A stretch of DNA of 64,000 nt, from positions 2,823-66,822 of the forward strand of contig JBJELF010000040.1 of the NCBI GenBank assembly GCA_051879015.1, in the 5' to 3' direction. This DNA comes from Lachnospiraceae bacterium. Its GTDB lineage: Bacteria > Bacillota > Clostridia > Lachnospirales > Lachnospiraceae. Positions 7,235-15,495 of the stretch are shown piece after piece. The notes under the pieces are model-generated. The model saw only the letters and a list, made by a program, of their open reading frames with translations, did not search any database and was not told the origin of the DNA. Position numbers and translations under genes: made by a program. How positions within the stretch are numbered: position 1 is the stretch's first letter; the number at the start of each line of letters is the position of its first letter.

Positions 7235-8454
7235 CTCATGCTGCTGCTTATGCAGTGGTTGCCTATGAGACTGCCTGGCTCAAATATTATTATCCGGTAG
7301 AGTATATGGCAGCTTTGATGACTTCTGTGATTGAAAATGTGAGAAAAGTGTCAGATTATATGCAGACTTGCCGTCAGATGGGCATTGAAATTTTGCCCCC
7401 AGACATCAATGAAGGACAGAGTGAGTTTTCCGTTCATGGTGATAAGATTCGATACGGTCTGTCCGCACTGAAAAGCCTGGGAAAATCTGTTATTGATTCT
7501 ATAGTGGAGGAGCGAGAACAAAATGGCAAGTTTTTGACCCTCAAGGATTTTATCAGCCGCATGGAGGGCAAGGATATCAACAAGCGAGTGATTGAGAACC
7601 TGATTAAGGCTGGGGCTCTCGACAGTCTTCCTGGTAATCGTCGTCAGAAGGTGATGACTTACCCCAAAATGATGGAGCAAGTAACAAGAGAGCGCAAGGA
7701 TAATGTGATTGGGCAAATGTCCCTGTTTGATTTTGTGGAGGAAGAAGATAAAAAGGACTTGGAGATTACCTTTCCTGATGTGCCTGAATACGAGAAAAGC
7801 GAGCTGCTTGCTTTTGAGAAGGAAATCATGGGAATTTATGTCAGTGGACATCCTCTTGAGGATGATGTAGAATTATTAAAGAAAAATACCAACGCTGAAA
7901 CAAAGATGCTGTGGGCAGATGAAGAGACTGGAGAGATTCTGTTAAAGGAAGGAATGACATGCCGCATTGGAGGTTTGATTACAGATAAAACTGTGCGCCC
8001 TACCAAGAATAACCAGATGATGGCATTTTTTACATTGGAGGATATGAAAGGGAGCGTGGAAGTGGTGGTCTTTCCCAAAATTTACGAGAGATACCGGGGC
8101 TCCATTGAAATTGAGAAGAAAGTGCTGGTAGAAGGACGTGTTAGCCCGGGAACGGATGAGCAGGCAAAATTAGTTTGTGAAAAAATTATCCCATTTGAGG
8201 AGATCCCAAAACAGGTATGGATTCAGTTTGAGAACTTAGATGATTGGCAGCGACAGTCTGGATTTTTTCAGCAAATGTTGGTTGGAAAAAGAGGAAATGA
8301 TCAGATTGTCATCTATATCAAAAATCCGAGGAGTTACAAGAAATTGCCGTCTTCCTGCAATATTTCTGCTACTAAAGAAAATATCGAAAATTTTGTGCAA
8401 AAATTTGGAAAAAGTAATGTGAAAGTTATAACAACTCCTATTGAAAATAAATAG
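7235..8454 (+). CDS. dnaE: DNA polymerase III alpha subunit DnaE, exon 3 (fingers, HhH and OB-fold tail)
   Basis: Begins (S)HAAAYAVVAYETAWLKYYYPVEYMAALM and continues IRYGLSALKSLG, then an OB-fold region. Stop at 8452-8454. The three exons sum to 3474 nt, or 1157 aa, a normal DnaE size. Confidence 0.9.
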
Positions 8455-8578
8455 AAAATAGGCTAAAATAAGACTGATCGCTTTATAGTGCGTTATATGA
8501 AACATTATAATGGTTCTGTCAGCGAAACATCATATAACAAAACTAGACGGAATAAAAGACAAATGGAGGAAATTGATT

Positions 8579-9556
8579 ATGGCAAACGCAGTTAGTACAA
8601 TTGGTGTTTTGACAAGTGGTGGAGATGCACCTGGAATGAATGCCGCAATTCGTGCTGTAGTGAGAGTTGCTCTTGCAAAAGGACTGAAAGTAAAGGGTAT
8701 TATGAGAGGTTATGCAGGTCTGTTGAATGAAGAAATCATTGATATGGATGCCAACAGTGTATCCGACATCATTCAGCGTGGTGGTACGATTCTTTATACT
8801 GCAAGATGTTCTGAGTTTCGCACGGAGGATGGTCAGAAACGTGGTGCAGAGATTTGCAGAAAATATGGCATTGATGGTTTAGTTGTCATTGGCGGAGATG
8901 GTTCTTTCAATGGTGCAGCAAAGCTTGCAAACTTAGGTATCAATACCATTGGACTTCCAGGTACTATTGACTTGGATATTGCATGTACTGAGTACACAAT
9001 CGGATTTGATACGGCTATCAATACCGCTATGGAGGCAATTGATAAGATTCGTGATACTTCTGCATCCCATGAGCGCTGTTCGATTATCGAGGTAATGGGA
9101 AGAAGTGCTGGTTATATCGCATTGTGGTGTGGTATTTCTACAGGCGCCGAGGCCATTTTACTTCCAGAGCGTTATGACGGAGATGAGCAGGCTATTATCA
9201 ACCGTATTATTGAGAGTCGTAAGAGAGGCAGAAGACATCATATTATTGTCAATGCGGAAGGTGTAGGTCATTCTTCCAGCATGGCAAAGCGTATTGAGGC
9301 AGCTACTGGCATTGAAACTCGTGCGACTATTTTAGGACATATGCAAAGAGGCGGCAGTCCAACTTGTCAGGATAGAATGCATGCTTCTATTATGGGTGCG
9401 AGAGCAGTGGAACTTCTCTGTGAAGGCAAGTCGAACCGTGTTGTTGGCTATCAGAATGGTGAGTATGTAGACTACGACATCATTGAGGCATTGCAGATGA
9501 AGAAGGATATCTCTGACTATCAGTATCAGATCAGTAAGTTATTGATTAGACAGTAA
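8579..9556 (+). CDS. pfkA: ATP-dependent 6-phosphofructokinase
   Basis: IGVLTSGGDAPGMNAAIR, VIGGDGS and GHMQRGG motifs. Start re-picked at the ATG at 8579, after GGAGGA (8565-8570). Confidence 0.93.
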   Translation: MANAVSTIGVLTSGGDAPGMNAAIRAVVRVALAKGLKVKGIMRGYAGLLNEEIIDMDANSVSDIIQRGGTILYTARCSEFRTEDGQKRGAEICRKYGIDGLVVIGGDGSFNGAAKLANLGINTIGLPGTIDLDIACTEYTIGFDTAINTAMEAIDKIRDTSASHERCSIIEVMGRSAGYIALWCGISTGAEAILLPERYDGDEQAIINRIIESRKRGRRHHIIVNAEGVGHSSSMAKRIEAATGIETRATILGHMQRGGSPTCQDRMHASIMGARAVELLCEGKSNRVVGYQNGEYVDYDIIEALQMKKDISDYQYQISKLLIRQ

Positions 9557-9576
9557 TTATCAAATAGACGGGATAG

Positions 9577-10374
9577 ATGATGGACAAGATTACAACGAGC
9601 AATCACTCAAAAGTACGTTATGTGATGCAGCTGCAAAAAAAGTCAAAGACAAGGCGCGAAGAAAGCATGTTCATTGTGGAAGGACCGAAAATGTTTCAAG
9701 AGCTTCCGAAGGAGCGTATGGTTATGTGTTTTGTCTCAGAGAGTTTTGCTAAAAAACAGGAAAATTTGTCCTTGCTGAAGGATATTTCTTATGAGGTGGT
9801 AAAGGATAGTGTTTTTGAAGATATGTCGGATACCAAAACTCCTCAGGGAATTTTGGCGGTGGCAAAGCAATTTTCTTATACTTTAGATTCCATGCTTCAG
9901 AGAAAGGATGCTCATCTCTTGATTTTAGAGACCATTCAGGACCCAGGCAATCTGGGGACTATGATTCGGGCAGGTGAGGCAGCTGGCATTACAGGCGTGA
10001 TTATGAATCGGGAGACAGTAGATATTTACAATCCCAAGACTATTCGCTCTACTATGGGCTCGCTCTACCGTGTTCCTTTTTATTGTACCGATTCTTTGGA
10101 GGAGACCATTCAGGCAGTAAAAGCGGCAGGAATTTCTACCTATGCAGCTCATTTAAGTGCAGCGCAATCCTATGATGGAATGGATTATCGAAAGCCGACG
10201 GCCTTTTTGATAGGAAACGAGGCAAATGGATTGAGTGATTCTATCGCTCAATTGGCCAGTGCCTATATTAAGATTCCTATGAAAGGACACTCGGAGTCTC
10301 TCAATGCAGCCATAGCAGCATCTGTGTTAATGTTTGAGGCGGCAAGACAAAGAAGAATGTTTGGTGATGTCTGA
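9577..10374 (+). CDS. TrmH/SpoU family RNA 2'-O-methyltransferase
   Basis: QDPGNLGTMIRAGEAAG, LIGNEANGLS and IPMKGHSESLNAAIAASVLMFE, the three SpoU motifs. Confidence 0.85.
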   Translation: MMDKITTSNHSKVRYVMQLQKKSKTRREESMFIVEGPKMFQELPKERMVMCFVSESFAKKQENLSLLKDISYEVVKDSVFEDMSDTKTPQGILAVAKQFSYTLDSMLQRKDAHLLILETIQDPGNLGTMIRAGEAAGITGVIMNRETVDIYNPKTIRSTMGSLYRVPFYCTDSLEETIQAVKAAGISTYAAHLSAAQSYDGMDYRKPTAFLIGNEANGLSDSIAQLASAYIKIPMKGHSESLNAAIAASVLMFEAARQRRMFGDV

Positions 10375-10527
10375 AAAGCAGGCAAGTCAATTTAGGATGA
10401 CTGAAGTTTGATTGGCGGATTTTATGATTCTGTGTAGCATAATATTCGCCAATTATTTTCTGTGCTTGTGTCAACTGCCCATTACTTAATATCCAAAGGA
10501 CACAGGCGGCACAAGGTTTTTGTTTTT

Positions 10528-10603
10528 GGATTGAGGGAGCACAAAGTGCGAAGCAATTCATAGCTATCAAGAGGTCAGAATACCTTTTGGCCTCAACATC
10601 ATG
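10528..10603 (+). repeat. Dispersed structured intergenic repeat, two-hairpin module (family B)
   Basis: ggattgagggagcacaaagtgcgaagcaattc-atagctatcaagaggtcagaataccttttggcctcaacatcat. It aligns with 44375-44443, 43613-43664 and the reverse complement of 49487-49567. Confidence 0.7.
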
Positions 10604-10717
10604 TGATGGAATCACTGTAAAAAAATAAATAAAAAACTGACCAAAAATAGAGTATAATAATCTATATGAAGAATGTGGACTTTTAAAATCAATATGAAAA
10701 GAAAGAGAGGCTGAGAA

Positions 10718-12142
10718 ATGGTTTTTTCGAGCTTATTGTTCGTATTTTTGTTTTTATTTTTTCATTTATGCCTGTACTATTTGATTCCAGGTACTAAGGG
10801 GAAAAATATTGTATTATTGTTAAGTTCTTTGCTTTTTTATGCATGGGGTGGACCGAGATTTTTGATTTTGCTGGTATTTATGACTTGGGTAAGCTGGTTC
10901 TGTGCGAAACAGCTAGAGAAAGCAGAGCAGCAGGGAAAGAGAAAATTTTGGATAGTATGTGATGCCGTTATTTTGCTTGGTATGTTGTTTGTGTTTAAAT
11001 ATGCAGGCTTTGTGTGTGAGACAACCAATGCATTTTTTTCAGTACCGAAAGTGATTCCAGAAATTGTTCTGCCTATCGGTATTTCTTTTTATACTTTCCA
11101 ATTATTGTCCTACACAGTAGATGTATATCGGGGTAAAGTAAAGGCACAGGAGAAATATTGGAAGTTGTTATTGTATTCGGGATTGTTTCATCAGTGTATT
11201 GCAGGACCTATTGTACGTTATGAGTGGGTGGAACAAGACATCGACCGCAGAACAGTAAATGCGGAGCAGATTTATCAGGGAATTCGAAGATTCTCTATTG
11301 GTTTGGCGAAGAAAGCGATTTTAGCGAATGGCTGTGCCAGTGTGGCAGATCAGCTTCTTCCATTGACTTTGGAGGCAGTGTCAGCTGTTTCACCGTCTGC
11401 CATATGGATTGGTATGTTATTTTATATGTTCCAGATTTATCTGGATTTTGCGGCTTATTCCGATATGGCGATTGGTATGGGTAAGATGGTGGGATTTCGT
11501 TATCCAGAAAATTTCGATTATCCTTACATAGCACGTTCAGTGCAGGAGTTTTGGAGAAGATGGCATATTTCTCTGGGAAGTTTCTTCCGAGATTATGTGT
11601 ATATTCCGTTAGGCGGAAGCCGCAGAGGTTTGGCAAGAACGATTATCAACACATTTATCGTGTGGGGGTTGACGGGCTTGTGGCATGGTGCCAGCTGGAA
11701 CTATCTGTTGTGGGGATTGTATTTCTTCCTTTTCCTAACAATCGAGCGGTTGGGATGGGGAAAATGTTTGGAAAAAGTAAAACCGTTGGGACATATTTAT
11801 CTTCTGGCAGTCATTTATTTCGGCTGGGTTCTTTTTAAATTTGAAGATTTTCAGGTGATGACTGCAGTATGGAAAAGAATGTTCCATTTTGGAGAAACTT
11901 TCCTGTCACTGGAAGTTAGTACAATATTGAAAAATCAGTTGTATTTCATGATTATTTGTATTTTAGGCTCTACACCGTTATTCAAAGAGTTATGGAAAAA
12001 AATAACTGCAGTCAGTGAAGGAAAGGCATGGGGGATTGTGGTGGATTGCTTTGATATTTTAGTTCCTCCAGTATTATTGATTCTTTCCTTAATGGCATTG
12101 GCTGGAGACAGCTATAATCCATTTTTGTATTTTCAGTTTTAG
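10718..12142 (+). CDS. MBOAT family O-acyltransferase (AlgI/DltB-like)
   Basis: Polytopic membrane protein with FWRRWHISLGSFFRDYVYIPLGGSRRG and GLWHGASW, which includes the MBOAT catalytic His region. Confidence 0.88.
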   Translation: MVFSSLLFVFLFLFFHLCLYYLIPGTKGKNIVLLLSSLLFYAWGGPRFLILLVFMTWVSWFCAKQLEKAEQQGKRKFWIVCDAVILLGMLFVFKYAGFVCETTNAFFSVPKVIPEIVLPIGISFYTFQLLSYTVDVYRGKVKAQEKYWKLLLYSGLFHQCIAGPIVRYEWVEQDIDRRTVNAEQIYQGIRRFSIGLAKKAILANGCASVADQLLPLTLEAVSAVSPSAIWIGMLFYMFQIYLDFAAYSDMAIGMGKMVGFRYPENFDYPYIARSVQEFWRRWHISLGSFFRDYVYIPLGGSRRGLARTIINTFIVWGLTGLWHGASWNYLLWGLYFFLFLTIERLGWGKCLEKVKPLGHIYLLAVIYFGWVLFKFEDFQVMTAVWKRMFHFGETFLSLEVSTILKNQLYFMIICILGSTPLFKELWKKITAVSEGKAWGIVVDCFDILVPPVLLILSLMALAGDSYNPFLYFQF

Positions 12143-12156
12143 AGGAGGCGAGAATC

Positions 12157-13578
12157 ATGAGAGACAAGAAAGCGAAAATCGGGATTATTGTATTTGGACT
12201 TGTGTTTGCAGTAATTAGTATATTAGGATTAATGTTGCCCTTGCGTCCGCAGGTTTCTGAGCTGGAGAAGAGAGAATTGACAAAGTTTCCAGAGTTTACA
12301 TGGGAAAGTTTCTGGGATGGAAGCTGGTGTTCTCAAGTTTCGCTCTGGTATGCAGATACCTTTCCTTATCGGGATATTTTGTTGAGTGCTAATGCTCAAT
12401 TAAAGGAATTGTATGGAATACGCACCACGCAGCTTCATGGACAGTTGGGTACAGGGGACGAAATTCCAGATGTATCGGTTCCTTCGTTGGAAGATAGTGA
12501 AGCGACAAAGTCGACTGAGGAGAGCAGTGCGGAGGAGACAGAGTCAACAGAAGAAACGGAATCAGTGGAATCAATCGACGAGAGTTATTCTCAGGAAGAG
12601 ACGGAAGAGAGCAGTACCTTTGCAGCAGAATCTACAGAAGACAATGAAACACCTTCTTCAGAGTCTCCTGCTGTGTTGGGAGAGAAGGTAGGAGCGATTT
12701 ATTTAACGGGAAAGACTGCCTATGAGATTTATTACTTTTCTCGTGAAGCTGCCGATATTTATATAGAAGCAATCAATCAAGCGGCAGAAGAATTGGATGG
12801 AATAGCCAATGTATATGCGATGGTAGTGCCAACTTCCTTTGGCATTTATATAGATGAAAATACCCGCACAAGTTTGGATGGCAGCAGTGAGCAGAAAGCG
12901 GAGTTGTATTTATTGGGTTCTCTGGACTCAAGAGTTAATTCAATTTATCTGTATGATGTCTTAAAGTCTCACAAAGAGGAATATATTTATTTTAGAACAG
13001 ATCATCACTGGACTGCGGATGGAGCGTATTATGCCTATGAGCAATTTGCCAAGAAAAAAGGATGGACGCCGACCAAGCGAGAGGATTTGGAAAAGATGGA
13101 GTTTACTGGTTTTGCAGGTTCCTTCTATGCAGGCACAGAGCAAACGAAGATTTTGATGGATAATCCAGATACGATTACCGCCTATGTGCCAAAAGGCACA
13201 AATTTGATGGAAATGACACAGAGTGATGGTTCCTCACTGAAATGGTATATCATCAATGATGTCACTCACTATAATCATGGAAATAAGTACAGCTGCTTTA
13301 TTGGAGGGGATAACCCGTTCACAGTAATTGAAAATCCAAAGATTAGCGATGGTTCCAGCTGTGTTGTGATTAAGGATTCCTTCGGAAATGCTTATGCTCC
13401 ATATTTGGTAGATCATTATCAGACGGTATATGTCTTGGATTATCGGGCATACAAGGGTAACTTTATTGATTTTGTAAAGGATAATGAAGTGCAGGATGTC
13501 ATATTTCTTCATAATTTATCTTCCTCCATTGGTTCTAAGTCGCAGATGGAAGTATTTTTATCAAAAATAGTAAATTAA
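12157..13578 (+). CDS. DHHW family protein, the AlgX/AlgJ-like partner of the MBOAT protein
   Basis: N-terminal TM anchor, an acidic S/E/T-rich linker, and FRTDHHWT (the DHHW motif). It starts 15 nt after the MBOAT stop. Confidence 0.8.
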   Translation: MRDKKAKIGIIVFGLVFAVISILGLMLPLRPQVSELEKRELTKFPEFTWESFWDGSWCSQVSLWYADTFPYRDILLSANAQLKELYGIRTTQLHGQLGTGDEIPDVSVPSLEDSEATKSTEESSAEETESTEETESVESIDESYSQEETEESSTFAAESTEDNETPSSESPAVLGEKVGAIYLTGKTAYEIYYFSREAADIYIEAINQAAEELDGIANVYAMVVPTSFGIYIDENTRTSLDGSSEQKAELYLLGSLDSRVNSIYLYDVLKSHKEEYIYFRTDHHWTADGAYYAYEQFAKKKGWTPTKREDLEKMEFTGFAGSFYAGTEQTKILMDNPDTITAYVPKGTNLMEMTQSDGSSLKWYIINDVTHYNHGNKYSCFIGGDNPFTVIENPKISDGSSCVVIKDSFGNAYAPYLVDHYQTVYVLDYRAYKGNFIDFVKDNEVQDVIFLHNLSSSIGSKSQMEVFLSKIVN

Positions 13579-13601
13579 AAAAATAGTAAATTAAAAAATA
13601 G

Positions 13602-13636
13602 GGAATTGAGATACTATATCTCAATTCCTTATTTTT
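13602..13636 (+). terminator. Rho-independent terminator
   Basis: ggaattgagat-actat-atctcaattcc followed by ttattttt. Confidence 0.8.
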
Positions 13637-13712
13637 GAGCTAAAAAAGATATTTTTTGCAAAAATTACGAAAAAAATGGCGAATATTCCCTTTAAAAAAA
13701 AGAAGAAATGCT

Positions 13713-13741
13713 TGACAAAATAAATATAAAATGATATTATC
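13713..13741 (+). promoter_or_regulatory. Sigma-A type promoter
   Basis: TTGACA (13713-13718), a 17-nt spacer, then TATTAT (13736-13741). Confidence 0.6.
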
Positions 13742-13864
13742 AACATCGTAATAAAAATGTAACAAATTATTGTAAAATCATAAAAAATGTAAAAAAATTG
13801 TAATTTCTGCTAAAATGGAAGAAGGAAAAGGAGAAATTATATTTTGTATCACATAGGAGGTTTT

Positions 13865-15226
13865 ATGAGAAGAAATAAATTGTTTCTTGCTGCAGCAGGT
13901 GTAACATTGGCAGCAGCAGTTTTGATTATATCGGACAGTGGTGTAGCTTACGCACAGAACGCAGGCGGTGCAGTACAGTCCCAGAGCAGTATGGCAGCAC
14001 AGCTTAGTTTCATGGATGAAGATATTTTGAGTGATATTGACGGATATGCACAGGCATATGCAAAAATATTGTTGGCAGATGGTATCAAAGAAGAGTCTGA
14101 TTTAGGAATCGCGCAGTGGCTGTCAAGTAAGTCTTTCATAGAGACAGAGTTGGTGACAGAAAAGAAAACACAGAAGAGTGCTCAGAAGGACGAGAAAAAG
14201 ACATCAAGCGAGGAAATTGATGAGGAAAACTCGAAACTTAAAAAAGAAACAGCAGAAAACACAGAAAATCAGAAAGAAGAGCCAAAATCAGAATTACAAT
14301 TATATTTTGAAAATCATGGCGTACTGAACAGCGAAAAGGCAGAGATTTTAAATATTCGCGATGGCGCAGGTGTTAAAAGTGAGATTTTGGGATATTTGTA
14401 CACGAATGGTGTGGTTGAAATTATAGAAGAAAAAGACGAAGAAGAGAATGAAGAAGACGAGTGGTTACATATTAAATCTGGAAATGTAGAAGGCTGGGTT
14501 CACAAAGACTATATTTTGCTGGGAGAAGAAGCAGTAGAATACTATGAAGGAAAGATAAATCCAGTTGGCATTATAACGGCAGACAGCCTGAATGTGAGAC
14601 AGAAAAAGAGTACTGACAGTGAGATTTTAGATGTAGTCGTTTTAGATGAGACAGTCGATTTAGTATCTACCGATGGAGATTGGTGGAAAATTAAGACGGA
14701 TAATAAAATTGTTGGTTATGTATTAAGTGACTATCTGGATATTGATTATGGATTTTCTTCTGCAAAGACTGTTGAGGAAGTGGCTGAGGAAGCAAAACTA
14801 GCGGAAGAGGCAAGATTGGCTGAGGAAGCAAGATTAGCTGAGGAGGCGAGATTAGCAGCTGAGGCAGCAGAAGCGGCAAGAGCAGCGGAAGAGGCAAGAT
14901 TGGCAGCTGAGATAGCAGCACAGCAGCAACAGAGTAGTTCATTGCAGTATGCAGGTACATTCAAGATTACTTACTATTGTGCCTGTGAGCAGTGTACAGG
15001 TAAGAAAAATGCACATACTGCTACGGGAACAGTCCCAGTAGTTGGAAGAACGGTCGCTGCAAATCCATCTCAGATTCCATTTGGCACGATTATTGTTCTC
15101 AATGGACAAGAGTATGTGGTAGAGGATTGCGGCGTTGCTCCAGGAGTCATCGATGTGTTTGTGGGAGATCATAATTTGGCAATTCAGTTGGGCGTAAATT
15201 ATAGTGATGTTTATATTAAGAAATAA
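13865..15226 (+). CDS. Secreted cell-wall protein with SH3-like repeats and a C-terminal 3D domain
   Basis: Signal peptide MRRNKLFLAAAGVTLAAAVLI. There are two bacterial SH3-like segments (LNIRDGAG...GWV and LNVRQKKS...GYVLSDYL). The C-terminus is YYCACEQCTGK...TATGT...GRTVAANPSQIPFGT...YVVEDCG. Start re-picked at the ATG at 13865, after AGGAGG. Confidence 0.8.
   Translation: MRRNKLFLAAAGVTLAAAVLIISDSGVAYAQNAGGAVQSQSSMAAQLSFMDEDILSDIDGYAQAYAKILLADGIKEESDLGIAQWLSSKSFIETELVTEKKTQKSAQKDEKKTSSEEIDEENSKLKKETAENTENQKEEPKSELQLYFENHGVLNSEKAEILNIRDGAGVKSEILGYLYTNGVVEIIEEKDEEENEEDEWLHIKSGNVEGWVHKDYILLGEEAVEYYEGKINPVGIITADSLNVRQKKSTDSEILDVVVLDETVDLVSTDGDWWKIKTDNKIVGYVLSDYLDIDYGFSSAKTVEEVAEEAKLAEEARLAEEARLAEEARLAAEAAEAARAAEEARLAAEIAAQQQQSSSLQYAGTFKITYYCACEQCTGKKNAHTATGTVPVVGRTVAANPSQIPFGTIIVLNGQEYVVEDCGVAPGVIDVFVGDHNLAIQLGVNYSDVYIKK
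14783..14911 (+). repeat. In-frame 18-nt tandem repeat encoding (AEEA[K/R]L)x4 plus degenerate units
   Basis: gctgaggaagcaaaacta / gcggaagaggcaagattg / gctgaggaagcaagatta / gctgaggaggcgagatta, then AAEAAEAARAAEEARLAAE. Confidence 0.85.
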
Positions 15227-15346
15227 TGAAGCCAGTGTTAGAATATTTTATATTTTATGCTGAATAGCTACAAAAATAAATCAAGAAAAACATTCTTTTG
15301 TTTTTTTGTATATTGGAAAAGTAAATTGGATATGCTATAATTATTA

Positions 15347-15371
15347 GCCGAGGCGTTCTGCCTCGGCTTTT
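15347..15371 (+). terminator. Rho-independent terminator
   Basis: gccgaggc-gttc-tgcctcggc followed by tttt. Confidence 0.85.
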
Positions 15372-15495
15372 ATATACATATGCCCACGTAAGGCAAATTT
15401 TTGTTAATACAACTATGGGCGGCGCAGTGAGTAGCAGGAGGTGAGTCCTGCCCTACTTGATTATGAATCAGAAAGCGACGAAATGGAGACAAAAT

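Noticed and set aside
10301-10615. Minus-strand 104-aa ORF spanning the gap between the TrmH-family and MBOAT genes
   Set aside because: It overlaps the 3' end of the methyltransferase gene and runs through the dispersed repeat copy. The repeat hairpins explain the open frame, and it has no RBS.
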